A stretch of 64,000 bases of DNA, from positions 119,784,001 to 119,848,000 of the forward strand of contig OX597815.1 in NCBI GenBank assembly GCA_951406725.2, read 5' to 3'. Shown one piece after another: positions 26,614 through 41,633 of this stretch. Numbering within the stretch: position 1 is the first letter of the stretch; every line of letters starts with the position of its first letter. This DNA is from Octopus vulgaris (lineage: Eukaryota). Both the position numbers and the translations under genes were made by a program. The notes under the pieces were generated by a model. That model was not told the DNA's origin and did no database searches. It saw only the letters and a list, made by a program, of their open reading frames with translations.

Positions 26614-26994
26614 CGCAGGAGTGGCTGTGTGGTAAGTAGCTTGTTTACCAACCACATGGTTCCGGGTTCAGTCCCACTGCATGGCACCTTGGGCAAGTGT
26701 CTTCTACTATAGCCTCGGGCCGACCAAAGCCTTGTGAGTGGATTTGGTAGACGGAAACTGAAAGAAGCCCGTCGTATATATGTATATATATATGTATGTG
26801 CATGTATGTTTGTGTGTCTGTGTTTGTTCCCCTAGCATTGCTTGACAACCGATGCTGGTGTGTTTATGTCCCCGTCACTTAGTGATTCAGCAAAAGAAAC
26901 CGATAGAATAAGTATTGGGCTTACAAAGAATAAGTCCTGGGGTCGAGTTGCTCGATTAAAGTCGGTGCACCAAGTAAAAAGAAAAAAGAGAGAA

Positions 26995-27049
<55 letters not shown>

Positions 27050-27544
27050 TCTCATTATCATCCTCATCATCATCATCTAATGTGTATTTCCCATGCTGGC
27101 ATGAGTTGGGATGGCATGGTTGCATCATTGATTTCACTATACATCTATGGCAAGCCCAACACAAACCAAGAATAGAAGCAATGAATATAAAATACGAACA
27201 ATAATACCGGTAACTTCCTTCATTTCTCTAAAGACAGACATCTCTAGACAGTAATTATATTTGGAAAATGGACCCTAGTACGATTGTAAATATGCTTTTG
27301 TTTACAACGAAATAAATTACATGTGGATATTAAAAATTAAATATAATGCACAAAAATGAAATATGTGCTTTTATGTATGTATGGGTGAATATGTTTATGT
27401 GCACGCATGACTATTTAAAAAAAAATTTATTTAAGTTCCTTTGTAACTGAATAAACTGGTTGTGAACAACAAACAGAACAAATATTTCTTGTTAAAAACT
27501 TGACTGCATTATGTACACGACTATGTAGGAGTGGAGTGTTTGTG

Positions 27545-27666
27545 TTGTATCTATGTGTAAATGTATTTGTATGTATATGTGTTGGTGGGGAGATTATATG
27601 TGTGTGTGTGTTTATATCTGTGTGTGTGTGTTTATATCTCTGTGTGTATATGTGTGTATGTATGTA

Positions 27667-27711
<45 letters not shown>

Positions 27712-27760
27712 TGTCTGTATGTATGAGTGTATATATATGTGTACATATCTATCTGTATTG

Positions 27761-27791
<31 letters not shown>

Positions 27792-27872
27792 TATATATAT
27801 ATGTATGTATGTATATGTATATATATATAAATTTATATATATATGTATATATATATATATGTATTTACACAC

Positions 27873-27913
<41 letters not shown>

Positions 27914-28044
27914 CATACACATATGGAAATTTGCTTTGCACTGATGCATACATCCCTTCATGCTGTGTGTGTATATATATATGTATATACATATACATAC
28001 ACATATATACACATACACACACACATATATACACACATACAGAC

Positions 28045-28080
<36 letters not shown>

Positions 28081-28116
28081 ACATACACATATATACATAT
28101 ACATTTACATATACAT

Positions 28117-28151
<35 letters not shown>

Positions 28152-28253
28152 CATACATACATGCACACACACACAAATGCATATATATTCATATGGGAGT
28201 GTTTGTGCATAATTATGTACACATTCAAGTGCTTATGCTATAGGAGTGTATGC

Positions 28254-28296
<43 letters not shown>

Positions 28297-28300
28297 TGAA
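27545..28300. repeat. Long compound TG/TA/CA microsatellite block
   Basis: Seen directly. Confidence 0.95.
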
Positions 28301-29917
28301 ATTGTATAGAAAGGTGTGTGCAAAAGGTGTATGTATATTCATTCTTTTGGCATAATGACTCACAACCAGGTGTTTGTGATCCCTCCCAGTGGGGAGTGTG
28401 AATAGTAGGTATTGGGTTGGGGCACAAGACAATCCCTTGTGTGTATTTCTCTGAAGTCTAATCATAGCTTGACCTGTCATTATGAATTAGTACATAGGCA
28501 TAAGAAAGTGGTGATATGGCTGAATCATTAGTTCTGAGTTCAAATTGCCCTGAGGTCGACTTTGCCTTCCATCCTTTCAAGGCCGATAAATTAAGTACCA
28601 GTTGTGTACTGGAGTCGATCTAATCAACTGTCCCCCACTCCCAAAATTTCAGGCCTTGTGCCTAGAATGAAAAAGAATATTTAAAGGCAGTGAGCTGGCA
28701 GAATCGTTAGCATGCCAGGTGAAATGCTTAGCTGTATTTCATCAGTATTAATACTCCGAGTCCAAATTCCACCAAGGTCGCCTTTCCTTTTCATCCTTTC
28801 GGGGAGGGGGGGGTCAATAAATTAAGTACTAGTTGTATACTGGGATTGATCTAATTGACTGCTCCCCACTCCCCCAAAATTACAAGCCTTGTGCCTAGAG
28901 TAGAAAAGATTATGAATTAGTACATAGTCATAAGTGGAGGCACATGGCCTAGTAGTTAGAGCAGCGGATTCACGGTCGAGGGATCGCGGTTTTGAATCTC
29001 AGACCGGGCAATTTGTGTGTTTATGAGCGAAACACCTAAGCTCCACGTGGCTCCGGCAGAAGGTAATGGTGAACTTCTGCTGACTCTTTCGCCACAACTT
29101 TCTCTCACTCTTTCCTCCTGCATCTTGCAGCTCACCTGTGATGGACCGGCATCCCATCCAGGTGGGGAACCTATATGCCAAGGAAACCGGGAAACTGGCC
29201 CTTATGAGCCAGGCATGGCTCGAAAGGGAACATAGGCATAAGAAGGTGGTGAGATGGCAGAATCATTAGCACAATGAGCAAAATGCATATCAGCATTTCA
29301 TCTGGCTTTACATTCTGAGTTCAAATTCTGCTGAGTCCAGGTTTGCTTTTCATCCTTTCAGGATCAATAAAATAAGTACTGCTTGAGTACCAGGATTGAT
29401 GTAATCAACTTACGCCCCACCCCACGGAATTTCTAGCCTTGTGCTTAAATTTGAACCAAATTTATAGGCATTGGCATGGCTGTGTAGTTAGAAGCTTACT
29501 TCTCAACCATATGGTCTTGGATTCAGCTCCACTGCACAGCACCTTGGGCATGGGTCTTCTACTGTAGCCCCAGGCTATCCAAGTGAGTGGATTTGTTACA
29601 TGGAAACTGAAAGAAGTCCACTGTGTGTATATATATAAATTCAAATGGCGTTGCCCCAACATGGCCACAGCTCGTGAAACTAGATAAAATTTTTTAAAAA
29701 AATTATTTTATTCTTTTACTTATTTCAGTCATTTGACTGTGGCCATGCTGGAGCACCACCTTTAGTTGAAGAAATCAACCCCAGGACTTATTCGTTGTAA
29801 ACCTAGCACATATTCTACCAGTCTCTTTACTGAACTGCTAAGTTACGGGGACGTAACACACCAAAATCAGTTGTCAATCCATGGAGTGGGGACAGACACA
29901 GACACACACAAATACAT

Positions 29918-29951
<34 letters not shown>

Positions 29952-30130
29952 TATTCAACAGGCTTCTTTCAGTTTCCATCTACCAAATCCACTCATAAGG
30001 CTTTGGTCAGCACGAAGCTATAGTAGAAGACACTTGCCCAAGGTGTCACGCAGTGGGACTGAACCCGTAACTATGTTGTTTCTTACCACACAGCCACTCC
30101 TGCACCTATATATATATATATATATATATA

Positions 30131-30494
30131 TAACATAAGGGACTAAAGCCATCTGAATATGGCGAGGGACAGGGCAGGGTGGTGGGGGTGTTACTGTTGC
30201 ATTTAGCCCCAGGCGAACATCGACGTCACCAGAAAGGCTCGACACCGTCACGGTGCCCTAAACCTGCAAAGGAGGTAATTCCCCGATGAAGCGGAAACCA
30301 CACACGGACCATGGTTTCAAGGTGTATTGCCTATCATCGGGGAATTACCTCCCTTTGCAGGTTTAGGGCACCGTGACGGTGTCGAGCCTTTCTGGTGACG
30401 TCGATGTTCGCCTGGGGCTAAATGCAACAGTAACACCCCCACCACCCTGCCCTGTCCCTAGCCATATTCAGATGGCTTTAGTCCCTTATGTTAT
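30131..30494. mobile_element. Young GC-rich fold-back element (arms of about 159 bp) with hammerhead cores at the arm-spacer junction
   Basis: 30131-30289 and 30334-30493 are near-perfect reverse complements. The minus strand reads UCC CCGAUGA UAGG caauaca CCUU GAAAC CAUG GUC. Confidence 0.8.
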
Positions 30495-30536
30495 CGAGCA
30501 GTTACTGTCTATATCCCTTTTAGAGAATTATTATTG

Positions 30537-30576
<40 letters not shown>

Positions 30577-31319
30577 TGAGTATTTGTATTTTTTGATCAA
30601 TAACTAATGAAGAATTAGAGTCCTTCTGTGTCTGTCCAACATGCATGTTTTGTAGTATTTAATGCTTTTTTTATTTATTGAGTAACTGAACACCACACAT
30701 CCCAACTTTTGTTAACAGTAAGGTTTCACATACTTTTTACGACTCTATCTTCTTTCTTTCTCTTTCACCCTCATATTCTTTTTCTAGCATCCCTACTTTC
30801 TGTCTCCTTCTCTCTCCTCTTCTCACTCTTAATTGTAGACTTTCTCCCTTCCTTGTTCTCTCTGTCACTTTCTCTCTCTCTCATCCCTCTTCTCCTCAAT
30901 CTACTGCCCACGCATGATCTGTGATTAATTCTTTCATTCCTGCTTTTTCACCACTGGACACTTAGTCTGCCGTTCAACATATTTTCTCCTCTCTTACTTT
31001 TTCTCTTTTTATATCCCTTGAGGATTTATTCTAGGTGTTACCCATCAATTCTTGTGTTTAGCCAAAAGGCTTTATTTATTCTGTCTTCACCTATCATTTC
31101 AAATTACATTTGTTTACTTTGGTACATCCACCCTGTATTGTGTTGTTTGCTCGAGCCCTAATTCTCAGCAAATTTTGTGGGTGCCACCAATATATGAAGT
31201 ATTCAGTCTTATTGTTAAAGGCATGAAACTGAACATTAGTATTTTTGGTCGATAACTAATAAAGAATTAGGGTCCTTCTGTGTCTGTCCTATGTGTAGTA
31301 TTGTAGTATTTAATGCATT

Positions 31320-31370
<51 letters not shown>

Positions 31371-31410
31371 AATATATATATATATGCATATATATATATA
31401 TAAATTTATG

Positions 31411-31685
31411 TATCAGAGTAAAAGGCAGACTGTATGACGCATGTGTGCAAACAGCCATGCTACATGGCAGTGAAACATGGGCCGTGACTCATCTGGCACC
31501 TGTGTCGGTGGCACATAAAAAGCACCCACTACACTCACAGAGTTGTTGGGCGTTAGGAAGGGCATCCAGCTGAAGAAACACTGCCAGATCTAACTGGCCT
31601 GGTGCAGCCTTCGGGCTTCCCAGACTCCAGTTGAACCGTCCATCCCATGCTAGCATGGAAAGCGGACGTTAGACGATGATGATGA

Positions 31686-31688
<3 letters not shown>
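31411..31688 (+). mobile_element. Internally deleted RTE LINE remnant (ORF piece joined to the family C tail)
   Basis: IRVKGRLYDACVQTAMLHGSETWAVT (RTE-type ..LYGSETW motif) directly followed by the family C tail and (GAT)n. Confidence 0.75.
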
Positions 31689-31731
<43 letters not shown>

Positions 31732-32111
31732 AAATCGATCAATGGAAATTGCAGATGTGTTACCAGTGTCGGTGGCATGTAAGAGAACCTTCCGTTTCGC
31801 AACCGTTGCCAGCACCGCCCCGTTTCGTGTCCGTTGCCAGCCTCGCCTGGCCCTTGTGCCGGTGGCACATAAAAAGCACCATCCGTTCGTGGCCGTTTGC
31901 CAGCTCTGTCTGGCACCTGTGCGGGTGGCACATAAAAAGCACCCACTACACTCACGGAGTGGTTGGCGTTAGGAAGGGCATCCAGCCGTAGAAACACTGC
32001 CAGATTTGACTGGGCCTGATGAAGCCTTCTGGCTTCACAGACCCCAGTAGAACCGTCCAACCCATGCTAGCATGGAAAACGGACGCTATACGATGATGAT
32101 GATGATGATGA

Positions 32112-32335
<224 letters not shown>

Positions 32336-32522
32336 CATCATCATCATCATCATCATATATATTAGCGTCCGTTTTCCATGCTACATGGGTTGGACGTTCT
32401 TCTGGGTCTGTGAAGCCAGAAGGCTTATCAGGCCCAGTCAAATCTGGCAGTGTTTCTACGGCTGGATGCCCTTCCATACGCCATATACTCCGTGAGTATA
32501 GTGGGTGCTTTTACGTGCCACC

Positions 32523-32594
<72 letters not shown>

Positions 32595-32685
32595 TGAGGG
32601 AGATAAATTAATATTAATTTTAATATCAATTTAAAACCAGTAGTCCAGCATTCAAAAAATCTGAGGAGTCAGAGAAAATTCAAAT

Positions 32686-33380
<695 letters not shown>

Positions 33381-33616
33381 TAAATATATATATGAATTTG
33401 AATACACAACCAAAAGAGTTTCATGCATTTATGATACACGAACTGTCATATTTATAAAATACACCAGGTATCTTAAAGCAATCTTTCAGGCTCTGTTTAT
33501 GCATTATAAATATTTTTAAAACTATTTGTAGCTCTTTCAGTTGTGTATTTAGATTGATATTTATCTCTCACTGAATGGAATACATTTTTTCCTTGATTCT
33601 AGCTCTACTGGATCTT

Positions 33617-33656
<40 letters not shown>

Positions 33657-34309
33657 TGTCAATGAGTGTGGAGGTACGTGGCTGAGTGGTTAGGTTGTCA
33701 GCATCATGATCATAAGATAGTGGTTTCGATTCCTGGACCGGGCGACGTGTTGTGTTCTTGAGCAAAACATTTCATTTCACATTGCTCCAGTCCACTCACC
33801 TGGCAAAATTGAGTAACGCTGCGATGGACTGGCATCCTGTCCAGCTGGAGAACACATGTGCCATAGAAACTGGGAAACCGGGCCCATGAGCCTGGCTAGG
33901 CTTTAAAGGGGTGCATTTATTTAGTGGAAGCGCAATGGTCCAGTGGTTAGGGCAGTGGACTTGCGGTTGGAGGATAGTCGTTTCGATTCCCAGACCGGGT
34001 GTTGTGTGTGTTTATTGAGTGAAAACACCTAAAAGCTCCATGAGGCTCTGGCAGGGGGTGGTGGTGACCCCTGTTGTACTCTATTGCCACAACTTTCTCT
34101 CACTCTCTCTTCCTGTTTCTTGAGTAACGCTGCGATGGATTAGTGTCCCATCTAGCTGAGGGGAACACATACGCCACAGAAACCGGGAAGCCGGGCCCAT
34201 GAGCCTGACTAGGCTTGAAAAGGGCGATGCACATAATATCTTGTCAATAATCTATCATAAATCTGAAAAAGAAGCACATTCTAAAGCATAGAGTAGTAAT
34301 GTATTTATA

Positions 34310-35085
34310 ATAGTTAAGTGTGTGTCCAGTCATAGAATGACCAATGGTGTTGCATTCACAAAGGGCTTAGCTCCATGAATGTCTCGTCAAACTCTAAAGG
34401 CAAAGACATTTAACTCTTCACCTCTGTGAGGCAGGAATCCGTTATGGTCATTTGGTTAGTAAATCATCAAAGAATAGATAGTCTGGGGTCAGTGAGGACA
34501 GATTATATCCTCCAGACCAGTTCTTGTGGGCCAAAAGAGTGGGAACTGGATTTTTCCTTTGGGCTGCTTTTAGATTGTAAGGCCCCTTCTGGGTCGAATT
34601 GAAGTGCAGGGAATCCCATGCATGCAGCAGGTAGCATTTGAAATGGATGCAAAGACTGTAAATTTCCTGGTGAGTGTCCAGTGATCCAAGTTTCAGGGAC
34701 TCTTTGACTATCCTTACCTGCTCGGCTATACAAAGCTTGCCAATACCATTGATGTCAGATTATCTGTTGCTGCATTTACTATGATCGCTAGGTCTGGGCA
34801 TCACCACAACCTCATGGATGACTACCTTGGCCTCGCATTGACAGTCATTGTACACCCTGCAAGAGCAACTGGCCTCCTTCTACATTTTATGGATGTTAGC
34901 TAATATACTTTGTATGTTGGATGCACAACTAAAGGAGACCCTTAGGTTGTACTTTTAGAATAAACGTCTGTATCTGTGTGTCTGAGTGAAGTGTTTGTCT
35001 ACTAACCTGAGGAATATTCTTCCCACACAAGTCTTGATATTGAGGGAGAAGAATTGGACAAACTTGATGACATGGAAAGTATATT
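34310..35085 (-). mobile_element. Old Penelope-like (Naiad-type) fragment, RT thumb to GIY-YIG region
   Basis: FVQFFSLNIKTCVGRIFLRLVDKHFTQTHRYRRLF*KYNLRVSFSCASNIQSIL aligns by eye to [43 protein letters not shown] of the 55.7-kb element. Followed by SCSCR..DC and ELVWRI. Confidence 0.65.
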
Positions 35086-35264
35086 AGCTAACACCCATAA
35101 TTTACAGCCCTTGCACTCATTTCAGTCCTTGCATCCATTTCAAACTCTGGGTTCTGGAATCAGTCCCACTGCATGGCACCTTGGGCAAGTGTCTCCTACT
35201 GAAGTCCCTTGCCAACCAATGCCTTGTGAGTAAATTCAGTAGATGGAAAATGCATTGAAGAAAG

Positions 35265-35305
<41 letters not shown>

Positions 35306-36829
35306 TGTGTGTGTGTGCGTATGCATGTGTGAGTGTATATGTGTGCATGTCTGTGTGCATGTGTGTCTGTGCATGTGTGTGTATGCATGTGTGCATGCAT
35401 GTGTGTGCAGGCATCTGTGTGTATGCATGTGTGAGTGTATGTGTGTACATCCACATGTGTGTGTCTGTACATTCGTGCATGTATGTGCATGCATGTGTAT
35501 GTGTGTACATGTGTGTGCATGTGTGTGTGTGCATGTGTGTGTGTGCATGTGTGCGTGTGTGTGTGTCTTTGTATTGGTATTTGCCTCACCACTTCACAAC
35601 CGGTGTTGGTTTGTTTATATACCAGTAACTGAGTGGTTCAGGACATGGAGAAGAACAGGATAAATACCATGCTTAAATAGATAAGTAATAAGGTTGATTT
35701 ATCAACCTTATTATTTTTGTTAACTTACTATAAAGAAATAAAGTTGATTTGTTCAAGTAAACCCTTCAAGGCAGTGCCCTAGCATGACTGCAGTCCAATG
35801 ACTGAAATAAGTAAAAGATAAAAAATGAAAGAAGACTTTAGAAGAATTTCCAAATGAAAATGTGAGGCATAAAATGTGGAGGGTAACCACATGCCATGGC
35901 TCCCATTTCTATACTTGTTCACTATGCAAAACAATGGTAATCTACAAAAGGAAGCAGGGTATTCATGTTGAAATGGTTGGAAATCTCTGTTTTAGTTGAT
36001 TCCAATAAAGAACCTTTGAAATGTCTTCTATATGTTTTCTATATGACTGTTAGATTAGTTGTGGAAAATAACAAACTGGGTCCTTTCTATTCCTTTAAGT
36101 TTCCTGTGGTGGTGCATAGCTTAGTGGTTAGTGATTGTGGTTTTGATTCACTTTGCTCAGTTCACTCAGCTGGCAAAAGTGAGCAATCCTACACTGGACT
36201 GGCATCCCATCCAGGGGGAAATATATGTGTCATGAAAACTGGGAAACCAGCCCTATGAGTCTATATGGCTCAGGAAGGATCTTTATCTTTATCATTTACC
36301 CATTAAGTTTTCTACTTAAATATTCTTTTAGCAACATAGTCTCATATACTAATGATGAGAATATCAATGGCGGTATGTATAAACATGTAAATATATATGT
36401 GTACCAACATTTCCATGTTCCAACATTTCCATGTACCAGCATTTTCCTGATTTATCTCCTCTGGTTTGAATCTACATCTTGAATAATTTTAGTCCAACGG
36501 CAGTCATCTGTCATGGGTCAACCCAAGAAGCATTCTGCTTTGATAACCTTCAGGAGTGGTTTATTCTATTTTTGCATAATCAGTTTCAGATGTGCTCCAG
36601 CATGGCCACAATATATCTTTTTTTTCATTGTAGCATGTTTTAGAGCTATTGACAATACTGTGTTGCATTTTATTCCTAAAGTATAGATACTTCTTTCAAA
36701 ACTCCTATTTTGTTTTTCACACATTAATTTGTGTAGGTTTGGATAAGCACTCTCTGACATTTTAAACTATATTAAACATTAGGGAATGAAAACTAGTTAT
36801 TTTTTGTAATAAATACTTCTAAAGTAAAT

Positions 36830-36949
36830 TTTTTTATGAACCCTTAAAATACTACCATTGATCCTCCTTTTACTATTTTGCTTGCAATGACCCCAACGAA
36901 ATCTTATGTGGACCCTCAGGGTCACATGGACCTTGGTTGAGAACCCCTG
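36830..36949. mobile_element. hAT-type MITE end
   Basis: Ends GGTTGAGAACCCCTG, typical of hAT/Charlie TIRs. The other end was not identified. Confidence 0.45.
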
Positions 36950-37930
36950 ATCTAGAAGAAGGAGTAATACTCATGGTCTTTGGCAGGATCTTCTAGATTA
37001 GTGAGATTTATGCTGATAATGTTCCTCATGTAACTCTGTGGGAATTCCAGAGAGTAAGAAGGACTGGGCATAGTGATTAGTGCAGGGCCTGGGGAGTGGG
37101 GTGGATGCAACACGGGGGATGAGAGGAAAAGAGATTTACAGGACAACACATACTCAGCCAGCCCTAGGGAGTATTAGTAGTTATAGCAGTAGAAAAGGCA
37201 GAGAGAAGACAGTTTATCTGCAAATGGCAATCAGTCAGCGGGGTCATTTTGTGGGTGTAGTCTATGATGTCTGTGATGCAGACATAAACAGCATTCCAGT
37301 GTGGCCCTCGCCTGAACTGGACATTACTGTCTTGAGTCCTAAGACTCCTAAGAATGGTAACCCAGTTTCCATAGCGAATAAGGGATTCAGATCACAACAT
37401 CCCACCTTGATGGTAACTCATTTACAGCTGAGTGGACTGAAGCAACATAAAATGAAGTGTCTTGCTTAAGAACACACCGCATTGCTTGGACCAGGAATCG
37501 AAACTATGGTCTTGTGATTGTGAGGGTAGCACTTTATCCACAAGACCATGAACCTTCACCTTCTCCTGAACTTTGTAGAAATAATTAAATCCAATAATTA
37601 AAAGTAATTATTTATTACTTTAATATAGATATTGACACATTAGATCTTTATTCTCTAAAATGGAGACATAATACAACAAAATTATTATATTAAAATAAAT
37701 ATGATTATTCTTAGAGTCACAAAGTCACAAATAGCAAGGTCAAAAGAAGATATTGGTGACGAATTACTAGTCTTTCAACTGGTAGGATAGAGACAACAGG
37801 CAGAATAAACTACAAAGCTTCTGCCCTACTGGCCGATTGCCAGTTCTTTCTATTCCACAATTATTAGTTTCATACCTTAATTTCACTGTGATAGGCTTTT
37901 GTTAAAATATCTTTAGTCCCATTGGCTCAG

Positions 37931-38068
<138 letters not shown>

Positions 38069-38223
38069 TATACACACATTTTGGCACAAGGTGTATAATT
38101 TCGAGGGAGTGGGAGTAAGTCAATTACATTGACCCCAGTACTCAACTGGTATTCATTTTGTCGATCCAGAAATGATGAAAGGCAAAGTTGACCCTGGTGG
38201 CACTTGAACTCAGAATGTATATG

Positions 38224-38258
<35 letters not shown>

Positions 38259-38850
38259 ATGTGTGTGTATAAATATAAAAATGGAACAAAAATGCAATAG
38301 AGTGCATTAAAACGTCTGGACAGATAGCTGACACAAAGGTAGACAAGAGAAACAACAATTAGAAGGGCAGGCAGAAAAAGATGGGTCATTCTTGGCTTTC
38401 TTTCATCAGTCAAGTACCAGAAGTCATGACCATTTCAAACAGTTACACTTGAGCCAGTTCGATCTGGTTTTCCCCAGAACAGTCTAAGCTAAGCGCATCA
38501 GACCTTTTGTAAGAAAGCTAGTGAATGTGTACGGCAACAAAGACAAATAAACAAAAAAACATAAAGATATATATGTATGTATGTATATATATATATATAA
38601 ATATATATATATAAGTACAATCCATATCATCATCATCACCATCTTCTTCATTTAATGTCTACTTTTTCATAGTTGCAGATATTAGGCAGAATTTGTTGAG
38701 GCATGTTTTCTACAGTATGATGCCCTGCCTATTGCCAACCCTCACCTGTTCCCACGTTAGGTAGTATTTCCCCATTGCAAGACATGTTTTTTGTGGAAGA
38801 CTGGAAATGTACAACATAAAAATATATACATCTAGCTATCTACACGCACG

Positions 38851-38937
<87 letters not shown>

Positions 38938-39235
38938 CAGGCGTTTTGCAATTTGTGGCTACCAAATCCACTCACTAGGCTTCGTTTGGCCCAGGTCTAT
39001 TGTGGAAAACACTTTACCAAGGTGGATCAGGAAGGAACTGAACCCAATACCACATATCCGGGAAATAAACTTCTTAACCCATATATGCCATAAAAAAAAA
39101 ATGAAGTCTTAAAATTTCACTGTTATTTAGATTAAACGTTATGGTAAGCTTCCACAATCTGGAAGAGAAGGACAGTATGCAACTGTTAGCTACGGGTGTC
39201 AACTATCTACTGAACATTTTGTATGCTCAGTCAGA

Positions 39236-39273
39236 TGCTTCCTGACGAGTTCGTGTCCAAACAAGTAGGAGCA
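39236..39273 (+). ncRNA. Degenerate minimal hammerhead motif
   Basis: UGCUUC CUGACGA guucguguc cAAAC AA GUA GGAGCA. Good stem I, but G12 is lost. Confidence 0.4.
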
Positions 39274-39505
39274 GGTTTTGTATTGTGAAAACGCACCCAG
39301 GAGTGTATATGGGTATCACACAGCCACACCTGTGCATAAAAAAATACTGTAAACATCAACAGCACTGCCATAATTAATGATTATTCTGTTAGCTCACTGC
39401 TTCTGTCTTCAAATTTTACCACAACTGTATAATAAATTGAAACGGGCTCTGCTATTCACATGGTCTTGTCTGAGATGCACAAAATGAAACTTTAAGGTGA
39501 AAGCT

Positions 39506-39734
39506 TTAATTCTTTTGCCACCATAGATCTGTTGAAATACACAAACTTTAATTCAATTAATTTTGGAAATAATAAAGAATTTAGTAAATAACTTAGTCAT
39601 TATTAAACTGGGGTCTGAAATATGAATTAACATGGAATTTTGATGGAAGTTTTTTAATTTAGACCATTTCTAACAGGAAATTTTTATCATGAAAGCAGGG
39701 TCAGTCTCAGGCAGGTTGGTATCAAACAGTTTAA
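39506..39734. mobile_element. Old TTAA-flanked MITE (piggyBac-like)
   Basis: TTAA-TTCTTTTGCCACCA ... TGGTATCAAACAGT-TTAA; degenerate TIRs with TTAA at both ends. Confidence 0.5.
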
Positions 39735-40502
39735 AGAATCTCTCTGTGACCCAATGTATTATCACACACACTCACAGATGTACCCATACACACATATTTT
39801 GTGTTACTTTAAGTGGTGCACGGTACCAGAATCTTTGACTGAAGTCAAATATAACAAACTACTCCAAACCGTTGTTAGAAAATCCACATAAATGGAGTCA
39901 AGGTGAACTAATTTGTACTGGCATTGAGTTGTATTAGTTGTAATAATGAAGTCATACCAAATGGTGATATTTTGAAATCATTTAACACATAAGTTTCAGA
40001 TTTGCGTAATATATAATATATTTTGAAAAGCTTTCACTGAGCAAGTTTATGTAATGGATGCATTTTGCATTACAAATAACAAAACATGAAATGTATGTAT
40101 TAAATGATTTCAATATATCACTATTTAGTTTGACTTCATTATTATAACTTATATATATATACATTTAAATATATTTCATGTTATGCTAAGAAACAGTGCA
40201 TGATATCAGAAATTTCAATTTGAGTCAAATGTATCAAGCTACTCCAAATTGTTGTCAGAGGATCCACACAAGTGGAGTCTGGATTGGTTAGTTTGTACAA
40301 GTATTGACTCAAAGGAAGAAAAAAGTAGAAATAAAAAAAAAAAGGCATGGCTGTTAGGCTAAGAAGCTCGGTTTGCAACCATGCAGTTTCAGGTTCAGCC
40401 CCACCACACTGCACCTTGGGCAAGTATCTTCTACAAGAGCCATAGGCTGACCCCAATGCCTTGTGGGTAAATTTGGAAGACTGAAACTGTGTGGAAGTAT
40501 GT

Positions 40503-40532
<30 letters not shown>

Positions 40533-40536
<4 letters not shown>

Positions 40537-41589
40537 GTGGTATCAAAAAGTTCCTGGATTAGTTCTGTAGTGCACCAACAGATGGCAACATACAGTTGCA
40601 TGCACAGTGAGGGCTAGCAGCGACCTTCATGAGGCAGTGTGCCATGTGAAATGGCTGTGTTTACTTTGCAAGTTGTGTTTTTGTGATCGTGTATATGTTG
40701 CAGTCTGTAATTTTGTTATGGACAGGAAGTTGGAACAAAGAGGTGACATGAAATTTTGCATTAAACTTGGGCAGTCTGCTGCAGAGACATTGAGCCTGCT
40801 TTGGAAAGCTTAAGGTGATGAGGCAATTGGTTATGCATAATGTTTTGAGTGGCACAAGTGCTTCAAAAGTGGAAGAATGTCTCTGGAAGATGATGAGTGA
40901 ATTGGAAGACCTGCCACAAGCGTCACCTCCAGGAATGTGAAGAAAATTCATCAGATTCTGCATGAGAATTGTTGAAGGACAATCAACGACATTGCTGATG
41001 TTGTTAGTCTGTTGTATGGGTTAGCACAGGCAATCCCAACATCTGAATTGAAACATGTGGCATGTCTCTGCTAAGTTTGTCTCCACCTGCTGATCACCAA
41101 GCAGAAAGAACATTGCATTGCTGTCTCACACGATCTCCATCAATGTACCACTGATGACCCATCCTTCATGTCAAGGCTCATCACTGGTGATGAGAGTTGG
41201 GTTTATGGGTACAGCCCTGAGACAAATCAGCAATCGTCACAATAGAAAAGGCCTTCATCTCTACAATCATAGAAGGCATGACAGAGCTACAGCCCAATTA
41301 AGGGCATAGACATAATTTTTTTTGATATCCACAGTACCCTCTATTCTTTTACTCTTTTACTTGTTTCAGTCATTTGACTGTGGCCATGCTAGAGCACTGC
41401 CTTTAGTCGAAGAAATCAACCCCAGGACTTATTCTTTGTAAGCCTGGTACTTATTCTATCGATCTATTTTGCCGAACTGCTAAGTTACGGGGACTTAAAC
41501 ACACCAGCATTGGTTGTCAAGTGATGTTGGGGGACAAACACAGACACACAAACACACGCACACACACACATATATATATATATATGTAT

Positions 41590-41633
<44 letters not shown>

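Noticed and set aside
28935-29010. tRNA gene
   Set aside because: A tRNA-like head with boxes A and B that runs into a SINE body found in several copies; no proper acceptor stem or terminator.
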